DNA of 64,000 nt. Origin: Spirochaetota bacterium (lineage in GTDB: Bacteria > Spirochaetota > UBA4802 > UBA5550). This document shows, piece after piece, positions 56,750-64,000 of the stretch. The notes under the pieces were generated by a model, which was not told the DNA's origin, did no database searches, and saw only the letters and a program-made list of their open reading frames with translations. The translations under genes were made by a program, and so were the position numbers. The stretch lies in the NCBI GenBank assembly GCA_963664815.2, contig CAXXHB010000003.1, positions 416,001-480,000 on the forward strand, read 5' to 3'. Numbering within the stretch: position 1 is the stretch's first letter; every line of letters begins with the position of its first letter.

Positions 56750-59671
56750 ATGTATAACCTCGGTATTAGGAAACTCTTTCCCGGCTTCATCTGCCCCTCT
56801 GTTATAAAAACCGGAGTGCGGTTATTTCATTCCATAAAACAGCCTGAACATGTTTTCATGGCCATCTGCTGCCTGGCGCTGCTCCTGTTTACGGCATGCG
56901 GAGATAAAAGCGGGAAAAAGAGGCTCCCCTGTGCAGAGAGGGGGGTAATTGACCTGAGAAACCTGGATTTTCAGAGGAATGGTTCGGTAAACCTTGACGG
57001 GGAGTGGGAGTTCTGCCCCGGCCGTCTCTATACCCCCGGTGATTTTGCGGGAAATAAAACAGAAAATTCGGTTTTTATAAAAGTACCGGGGATGTGGAAA
57101 GATATTACCCCCGGAGGGAATGCTCTTCCGTCAAAGGGGGAGGGAACATACCGCCTGAAGATAATCTGCAGCCCGGATGAACAAAAGAAAGTCATCTCCC
57201 TCTACCGCATCTACTCGGCTTACAGTGTCTGGATAAACGGGGTACATCTCTGTGAAAAGGGGATGGCCGATTCCACCTCAAAGAGTGAAAAGAATTATGT
57301 ATATATCCACAGCAAAACTACAGTGCCCTTCGTACCGGAAAACGGAATAAATGAAATAGTGCTTCAGGTTGTCAATTACGATCATGAGTCGGGGGGTATA
57401 GGGAGACCCCTTGAGCTGCAGAATGAAGAGACCATGCTGCATGACAGGTTTGTAAGGCATACGGTGGAGATGATCATAGTGGGGCTGGTGCTCTTTTTTG
57501 CGATATCAAACCTGCTGCTCTACTTTTTCCGCAGTGATGATAAGGCAGCGCTCTATTCCGGTCTATTCTGTCTCTTCACGGCAGTAAACGTCTTTAACCT
57601 GAATATACCGATACTTTCAGGACCGCTATACTGGACGCGGAATCCCTATATTATTAATTTTGAATCTGTTATCCTTATAGTATTTTTCAACCTTATGTCA
57701 CTCAGAACTATTTTCCCTGATGAATTCTCAACATATATCCTGTACTTCCTTCAGGCAATGCTGCTCCTTTTTTTTGCCGTTCTTCCATTTATCGATTTCG
57801 GAACATCGGAAAAAGTGATGCCGGTCTTTTTCATATTATCACTCTTCTCTCTTACTTACGGACTGTATATTCTTGTGAAAGCAATAATTAACCGCAGGGA
57901 TGACGCCATTCTCTTTTTAACCGGTTTTGCACCGGCATATGCAGGTGGCATAAACGATGCACTGTATGCTCTGTGGATTTTCAAAACCACAAACCTCTAT
58001 CATTACGGGGGGACTGTATTATGTATTATTGTGACCTTTATAGTCGCACGCCGCTTTTCCAGAACCATGCAGAGGCTTTCAGACGATCTTATTGTAAAAA
58101 ATATCTCCCTTGAGAAACTTGACAGGATCAAGGATCAGCTTCTGGCCAATACCTCGCACGAGCTGCGCACCCCGCTTCACGGGATTATAGGCCTTTCCGA
58201 AACAATGCTTGACGGCACGGCTGGCAGCCTGTCACCCGTGGCGCGTGAGAACCTCTCCCTTATAGCATCCAGCGGGCACAGGCTTGCGAATATGGTTAAC
58301 GATCTGCTTGATATGGCCAGAATACAGAGCAGGGGATTTGACCTGAATATCCGCAGTGTTGATCTTTTTACTCTCAGTGAAACCATAGTAAAGCTTTCAC
58401 TCCCGCTGACAGGGGATAGGCCGGTTGAAATCATAAACAGCATCAGTCCCGAAACGCCGCCGGTACATGCCGATGAAAACCGTATAAAACAGGTGCTGCA
58501 TAACCTTGTGGGCAATGCAGTGAAGTTCACGCTGAAAGGGAAGATTGAGCTCTCGGCGGCGGTTATCTCTCCTGATGAATGTGTGGATGGAAGAGGTTTT
58601 GTTGAAGTCAGTATATCCGATACCGGGATCGGGGTTCCGGCAGAGCACCGGGAGAGTATATTCGAGGCATACAGCCAGGTTGATACAGGTGATACGCGTT
58701 CATACTCCGGTACGGGACTTGGGCTTTCAATTGCGAAGCAGATAGTTGAACTGCATGGCGGAACAATAAAAGTTATTCCGGGGATTGGATGCGGTTCGGT
58801 ATTTATATTCTCTCTCCCCCTTGCTGTGAATATTTCCGGGAAGAAAGATGCGGCGGCAGCAGCTGAAGGCATAAATGATCTGCCGCCGGAAAGTGATCCC
58901 GTGTATATAAACAGCCGGACTGACGGGTCAATTAATGGCTTCAGCGGTCTGAACTCTGTGATACTTATCGTGGATGATGATCCGGTGAATGTAAGGATGC
59001 TGAAAAAGCTGTTTGAATCAAAAAACTGCATGGTAAAGAGCGCCTTTGACGGAATAAACGCGCTTGAAATTCTGGAGAGAGACGATACCATAGATCTTGT
59101 ACTGCTTGATATAATGATACCGGTAATATCGGGTTACGAGGTGTGCAGGAGGATACGCATAAGACGGTCGCCGGAAGAACTTCCGGTTATTATGCTGACC
59201 GCAAAAAATATGATGTCTGACATAGATGCAGCCTTCAATGCCGGAGCAAATGACTACATAGTGAAGCCGTTTCGTTTAAGTGAACTGCTGGCCCGCTCTG
59301 CCTCAATGATAAAACTCAGGAAGGTCAGAAAGACCGCTGCAGCCAGTATATCCATACAGAGCAGGGGTACTGTATATACATTCACATTTGACGAGATAGT
59401 CTATATTACCTCATCTGCAAAGAATATCATAGTTCATACAGTTGACGCTGATACCGTCCTCAACGTTATGATGAAAGATATGGCTGACCGGCTTCCATCC
59501 GACATGTTTTTCAGGATTCATAAAAGCCATATTGTCAACATAAGATATATAAGCAGATTAAAACATGTTATATCCGGGCGTTACCGGGTATATCTTTGCG
59601 ATGTGGATAACACGGAATTGCCGGTCGGCCCGGCATTTCTTGAATCCCTCAGAAAAAAAATTCAGAAATGA
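56750..59671 (+). CDS. Hybrid sensor kinase 2, tandem paralog with the same architecture ending in LytTR
   Basis: Same motifs; FFRIHKSHIVN; homology to paralog begins at GTG 56816. Confidence 0.92.
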   Translation: MYNLGIRKLFPGFICPSVIKTGVRLFHSIKQPEHVFMAICCLALLLFTACGDKSGKKRLPCAERGVIDLRNLDFQRNGSVNLDGEWEFCPGRLYTPGDFAGNKTENSVFIKVPGMWKDITPGGNALPSKGEGTYRLKIICSPDEQKKVISLYRIYSAYSVWINGVHLCEKGMADSTSKSEKNYVYIHSKTTVPFVPENGINEIVLQVVNYDHESGGIGRPLELQNEETMLHDRFVRHTVEMIIVGLVLFFAISNLLLYFFRSDDKAALYSGLFCLFTAVNVFNLNIPILSGPLYWTRNPYIINFESVILIVFFNLMSLRTIFPDEFSTYILYFLQAMLLLFFAVLPFIDFGTSEKVMPVFFILSLFSLTYGLYILVKAIINRRDDAILFLTGFAPAYAGGINDALYALWIFKTTNLYHYGGTVLCIIVTFIVARRFSRTMQRLSDDLIVKNISLEKLDRIKDQLLANTSHELRTPLHGIIGLSETMLDGTAGSLSPVARENLSLIASSGHRLANMVNDLLDMARIQSRGFDLNIRSVDLFTLSETIVKLSLPLTGDRPVEIINSISPETPPVHADENRIKQVLHNLVGNAVKFTLKGKIELSAAVISPDECVDGRGFVEVSISDTGIGVPAEHRESIFEAYSQVDTGDTRSYSGTGLGLSIAKQIVELHGGTIKVIPGIGCGSVFIFSLPLAVNISGKKDAAAAAEGINDLPPESDPVYINSRTDGSINGFSGLNSVILIVDDDPVNVRMLKKLFESKNCMVKSAFDGINALEILERDDTIDLVLLDIMIPVISGYEVCRRIRIRRSPEELPVIMLTAKNMMSDIDAAFNAGANDYIVKPFRLSELLARSASMIKLRKVRKTAAASISIQSRGTVYTFTFDEIVYITSSAKNIIVHTVDADTVLNVMMKDMADRLPSDMFFRIHKSHIVNIRYISRLKHVISGRYRVYLCDVDNTELPVGPAFLESLRKKIQK

Positions 59672-59674
59672 CGC

Positions 59675-59745
59675 ACAGTTCATTCCTCAGGAAGAACAGT
59701 TCATTCCGGCGCCATTGACAAGCGGAGTTTTATAATATTTATACT
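59675..59745 (+). promoter_or_regulatory. LytTR-type direct-repeat box + promoter
   Basis: ACAGTTCAT-N12-ACAGTTCAT-N10-TTGACA-N19-TATACT. Confidence 0.82.
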
Positions 59746-59858
59746 ATATATGGCTGATGATCATTTTTTAAGAAGCAGTATAACATGGGAAGAGAATCAT
59801 AATAATAAAATGGAAATAATTTGGAAAGAGATGTTGAAAGAGAAGTGTGGAAAGAGAA

Positions 59859-60863
59859 ATGAAGATAAAAACCGGTCAGGGGATTATTAAAATAAATATT
59901 AAATTTCTGATAATTATGCTTTCAGGGCTGCTGCTGCTGATTTCATGCTCAGAGCAGAAGGCCTATATCGCATTTTATACCGGCAGTGTGACTATCCGGA
60001 AACCGGGAGGAACGACGGCCGGTGTCCGGGTTAAAGATCGGGTAAATGACGGCGACATATTAAAAACAGGTAAAAAATCGTGCATCATAATACAAAATAC
60101 GGAAGGTCTTATTATAAGGTTTGAGCAGAATACCGAGGCACAGATTATATCATTCAATAATCCAGCTAAAAAGGGGGTTAGCCTTAACAGGGGGAAAGTT
60201 CTCTCAAATGTTTCAAAGCTGAAGAAGGGGGGGGAATATTATGTAAAAACCCCTACAACCGTGGCTTCGGTAAGAGGTACCGAGTTCCTTACAACATTCA
60301 ATGGCAAATATTCAACTGTCGCTGTCGGCGACGGTAAGGTGAGTGTCAAGAAAATAGATGTGAGCGGGAATGAGAATATCGGAAAAAATGAAAAAAATTA
60401 TAGGATCGGGAATATTGATAAGATTGATAAGATTGATAAGATTAAAAAAAACAAAGATAATGAAGAGAAGATTGTAGAGAAGGGATTTACTGCAGTGATC
60501 GGGAAAAAATCCATTGTGAGGTTTAGGAAAACAAACAGGATTGAAAAACTTGAACTTTCGAAGATAAAAAAAACCCCCGGTGTTGAAACAATAGAGAAGA
60601 AAACCACTGAAGAGATGAATGAGATATTTAAGGAAACTGAAAAAAAAGATAAAAAGATAAATGATCAAATAAAAGAGATTACAGGGCTTACCCCCGGCGA
60701 AATGAGGGCCATGTACGGGAGGATAGATACACTCTCGCTGTATGATGGAAGGGTGCTGCAGGGTGTAATAGCCTCCCGGGGGAGTGTATATAAGATATTA
60801 ACACAGTCCGGAATAATGATGGTGGATTCAAAGGATATAAAAGGGACGGAAACGAGGAGATAG
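59859..60863 (+). CDS. FecR-domain lipoprotein
   Basis: Lipobox LISC; VKTPTTVASVRGTEF...VGDGKVSV; Lys-rich linker with (ATTGATAAG)x3. Confidence 0.87.
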   Translation: MKIKTGQGIIKINIKFLIIMLSGLLLLISCSEQKAYIAFYTGSVTIRKPGGTTAGVRVKDRVNDGDILKTGKKSCIIIQNTEGLIIRFEQNTEAQIISFNNPAKKGVSLNRGKVLSNVSKLKKGGEYYVKTPTTVASVRGTEFLTTFNGKYSTVAVGDGKVSVKKIDVSGNENIGKNEKNYRIGNIDKIDKIDKIKKNKDNEEKIVEKGFTAVIGKKSIVRFRKTNRIEKLELSKIKKTPGVETIEKKTTEEMNEIFKETEKKDKKINDQIKEITGLTPGEMRAMYGRIDTLSLYDGRVLQGVIASRGSVYKILTQSGIMMVDSKDIKGTETRR

Positions 60864-60941
60864 ACATGTTTACGCCGCTTTTATATACATTTCCGGAAGA
60901 TTATAACCAGGCATGTTGAAGTGAAATAAATTGTCAGGAAA

Positions 60942-62372
60942 ATGAGATTGAAAAGAGGAAAATTGCTGAAGCTGTCAATGGCAGCGGCTTTAATTTTCAC
61001 CATCATCAGTGAAAAGCCGCTCCACGCAGAATACGTGTTTAAAAACGACGGGTCGATAATCCAGGGTACTATTGTGAATGATTTTCCGACAAGCATCTCG
61101 GTGAAAAAGATGGATGATGCCGTTGAACAGGTGAACCGCAAAGACATAATCAGAATAATCTATACCGAGCTTTACCTCGGAAAGGTATACGCAAGGCTGA
61201 CAACGGGTGAAATCGTTGAAGGGTTCATGGTGTACGAAGACAGGGACAACTACTTTTTCCGCAAAGATCTTGCAAAACCGGAGGAGTTTACAATACCCCG
61301 CATAAAGGTCATGTTTATATCTCATACAAACCCCACAGATGTAAGGGGTAAACCCTCTACCGATTTCATAACAGTGACATGGAGCCCGCCGTTCAAGCCG
61401 GCAAAGTTTTTCAGGTTATATATCCGTGACGTGTTAAACAAAGAGGAGAACTTCAGGGTTGCGGGTGAAACAAATGAAACAGCCTTTATTGTTAAAAACC
61501 TGCGTAAAAGCTGGACTTATGAATTCTACGCCACGGCAATCTCCGATTCGGGGGAGGAATCTCTCCCCAGCGAAAAAGTCACGGTTAGCACGCTCCCTGA
61601 ACAGGTGAAAAACCTTCTCCTCAGCGAGGAGCTGTCGCCGGACGGGAAGAAGGTTACTTTAACATTCAGATGGGAAAACGTGGCAGATCCGGAGAGCAGG
61701 GTAAAATTGTACGCAGTCTATGAAATCGAAAATGGGGAGAGGAAGAAGAGAGGGACATCAGAAGGTAAAGAGTTTGTGATAAAGGATTATCCCGCGGAGG
61801 GGAGGCACTGGTTTTCAGTAGTGGCTGTAAATGATGTATTCACTGAATCGGATGAGGTAAAAGCCGTGTATGATGCCGGTTATAAAATATATACAAGGGG
61901 CTTTATGACATATCTTTACCCCATGGGAGCTATGAAGGACCTGGCTACTTCCGGGTACGGAATTCTAATGGAACCGGGGATTTCATGGAAAAGATACAAT
62001 TTCGGTTTTGAGACCGGGTTATTGACCTTCAGAGGGACTGATTGCATAAAAAGCATGAAGATGATTCCTTTCCTTTTTACGGCGGATTACAACAAGACCC
62101 TTCCGGGTTCCTTTACGTTAAAACCGGTGGTCAAGGCCGGATGGAGCCTGGATATGGTGGAATATGTTTTTTTAGACCCTGCAAATCCGCTGATAGAGGG
62201 TACAGGTGAAAAAAGCAGTTTTGATCCTGTGATTTCATTAGGTGTAAACATTAAGTACAGGTTTAAGGATAATATCGATTTTTCAGGTGGATTTGAGTAT
62301 GCCTCGATATTTCAGGACGGCGGGAGGCTCTCATTTGCCGGCATCTCTCTGGGGGTGTGTTATACTTTCTAA
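60942..62372 (+). CDS. Secreted protein with two fibronectin-III domains and a C-terminal outer-membrane beta-barrel
   Basis: Signal peptide; VTWSPP...YEFYATAI..SGEES; FRW...FSVVAVN; alternating beta-strands ending LGVCYTF. Confidence 0.75.
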   Translation: MRLKRGKLLKLSMAAALIFTIISEKPLHAEYVFKNDGSIIQGTIVNDFPTSISVKKMDDAVEQVNRKDIIRIIYTELYLGKVYARLTTGEIVEGFMVYEDRDNYFFRKDLAKPEEFTIPRIKVMFISHTNPTDVRGKPSTDFITVTWSPPFKPAKFFRLYIRDVLNKEENFRVAGETNETAFIVKNLRKSWTYEFYATAISDSGEESLPSEKVTVSTLPEQVKNLLLSEELSPDGKKVTLTFRWENVADPESRVKLYAVYEIENGERKKRGTSEGKEFVIKDYPAEGRHWFSVVAVNDVFTESDEVKAVYDAGYKIYTRGFMTYLYPMGAMKDLATSGYGILMEPGISWKRYNFGFETGLLTFRGTDCIKSMKMIPFLFTADYNKTLPGSFTLKPVVKAGWSLDMVEYVFLDPANPLIEGTGEKSSFDPVISLGVNIKYRFKDNIDFSGGFEYASIFQDGGRLSFAGISLGVCYTF

Positions 62373-62464
62373 AATTAACAGGTGTCACCTGGCCGGATAT
62401 TCTTCGGCCATTAAGGTGACTGTGGAGAGGATGAATGCTCTTTTTTATTATACGGTGGAATACT

Positions 62465-64000
62465 ATGAAGAAAACAGAATTCCTGCATAATGCTGAAAGG
62501 ATATTTCTGATATGTATAGTTCTGATGCTTTCCCTGTGCGGCTGCGGCAACTCCTTTTTTTCTGCAGAGGACTATCTGACCGGCCCGGTTAACGGTATAG
62601 GTCTTAAATCCTCCACATCCCTTGTAAGCGGGGGTACCGAACAGCTCTATCCGGTTGTCTCCCCCCCTAAGACTTCAAACAAAAGCGTTACATGGACAAG
62701 CAGCGGCAGCTCTGTTGTGGCGGTGGACAGCAGCGGGCTTATTACAGCCGTTGCGGCGGTGGCTCATGGTGAGACAAAGAGCGCGGTAATTACGGCGACA
62801 ACGGCTGAAGGGGGTTACAGTACACAGTGTGCGGTTACGGTTGTGGAAAAACCTGTGCCGGTAACGGGGGTAACGCTGAATAAAAACGTTTCATATCTTC
62901 TGACAGGAAATTCAGAGACCCTGCGTTCAGCAATTTCCCCCTCTGCAGCCACAAACCAGAAAGTCACATGGTCAAGCAGCAACAGCCTTGTTGCCTCGGT
63001 TAATCAGGAGGGCACGGTTACAACGGGAACAAATACGGGTCAGACGACAATTACAGTTACTACAGAGGATGGAAGCCTGACGGCATCATGCCTGTTTTAC
63101 GTGTCATTGACCCCTGTACAGGTAACGGGGGTTTCGCTTAACAAATCGGCGACGATAGTTGCTGCCGGGAAGACTGAAACGCTCTTTGCAACCATATCGC
63201 CGTACAACTCAACAAACCAGAACATCACGTGGTCAAGTGACAATCCAGCTGCAGCCTCTGTAAATGCATTCGGCATTGTGACCGGAATTTCAGATGGTAC
63301 AGCCAATATTACCGTAACAACAGCTGACGGGAACTACACCGGTACCTGCGCGGTATCCGTAGTGACATCGCCGGTGGCGGTGACAGGGGTAAGCCTTACC
63401 CCGTCATCAAGTACTATACAGGTCGGGAAACAGGCAACTCTTACGGCGGCAGTAACACCGGCCAATGCAACAAACCAGAACCTTTCATGGCAGAGCAGCA
63501 ACAGCCTTATAGCTACGGTGGACAGCAGCGGTCTTGTTACAGGGTTGTCAGCCGGGGGAGCGACAATAACCGTGACAACACTGGACGGAGGGTATTCAAA
63601 GAGCTGTTCTGTAACAGTGACAAATGCAGTAACCTATTCCGTTATATATAATGCCAACAATGCATCGGGGACTGTGCCCGCTTCACAGTCATATTTACCC
63701 GGGGCGACAGTGGTTGTGAGAAACAGCAGTTACCTGACTAAGACCAATTACAGCTTTGCCGGCTGGAGTACTACATCTACGGGGAGTGTGGCCTATACTG
63801 CCGGATCGGAATTCACCATGGGGTCATCGGATATTACACTCTATGCGGTGTGGAGTGCTGATCCCACATATACAGTGACCTATGACGGCAGTTTCCAGGA
63901 TGGCGGAACAGTGCCTGCTGATCCGAAACATTACCTGTCCGGCTCAACTGTGACTGTACTGGGTAACACGGAAGGTCTTTACCGGAATGCTCTTGTTTTT
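62465..64000 (+). CDS. Surface lipoprotein with four Big_2 Ig-like domains followed by Listeria-Bacteroides (InlB B-type) repeats; runs off the window
   Basis: Absent from the ORF track because there is no stop in the window. Manual translation: MKKTEF...LSLCGCGN; repeats VTGVxL...ATNQxVTWSSSN..VAxV...ITVTTxDG; then YSVIYNAN...YSFAGWST. Confidence 0.9.
   Translation, partial: MKKTEFLHNAERIFLICIVLMLSLCGCGNSFFSAEDYLTGPVNGIGLKSSTSLVSGGTEQLYPVVSPPKTSNKSVTWTSSGSSVVAVDSSGLITAVAAVAHGETKSAVITATTAEGGYSTQCAVTVVEKPVPVTGVTLNKNVSYLLTGNSETLRSAISPSAATNQKVTWSSSNSLVASVNQEGTVTTGTNTGQTTITVTTEDGSLTASCLFYVSLTPVQVTGVSLNKSATIVAAGKTETLFATISPYNSTNQNITWSSDNPAAASVNAFGIVTGISDGTANITVTTADGNYTGTCAVSVVTSPVAVTGVSLTPSSSTIQVGKQATLTAAVTPANATNQNLSWQSSNSLIATVDSSGLVTGLSAGGATITVTTLDGGYSKSCSVTVTNAVTYSVIYNANNASGTVPASQSYLPGATVVVRNSSYLTKTNYSFAGWSTTSTGSVAYTAGSEFTMGSSDITLYAVWSADPTYTVTYDGSFQDGGTVPADPKHYLSGSTVTVLGNTEGLYRNALVF

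Noticed and set aside
58177-59091. 304-aa antisense ORF (also 55292-55867, 41543-42184 and the many other short overlapping ORFs)
   Set aside because: Shadow frames of well-supported genes, with no recognisable motifs or RBS
63097-63306. 69-aa - strand ORF
   Set aside because: Antisense to the Big_2 lipoprotein gene

Overview
AT-rich bacterial chromosome segment. The gene repertoire (FecR-domain lipoproteins, 7TM-DISM-type sensors, SBBP and Big_2 lipoproteins) suggests an uncultured Leptospira-related spirochaete; this is inference, not a database result. Contents from left to right: (1) an acyl-CoA degradation cluster (two ACADs, CoA-transferase, two SDRs) with two membrane-anchored AraC regulators and two beta-propeller lipoproteins next to tRNA-Gly(CCC); (2) core genes: TPR proteins, SpoIIE phosphatase/STAS, MoxR-VWA, argDFG, rsmI, an MCP; (3) a second beta-oxidation block (three large ACADs, two enoyl-CoA hydratases) interrupted by a DUF559 endonuclease embedded in 41-bp/REP-like repeats, with an IS1182-family element inserted in a REP hairpin; (4) Ntn acylase, M28 peptidase, menA; (5) a GAF-LuxR-linked flavoprotein / small protein / SphA-type channel operon; (6) two tandem hybrid kinases of architecture sensor-7TM-HisKA-HATPase-REC-LytTR. 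Each kinase is followed immediately by an AgrA-like ACAGTTYAT-N12-ACAGTTYAT box and TTGACA, upstream of a FecR / Fn3-beta-barrel / Ig-repeat lipoprotein operon. This kinase cascade, the DUF559-repeat cassette and a dispersed ~125-bp upstream element are the strongest candidates for undescribed biology. All calls come from reading motifs by eye; no searches were run.
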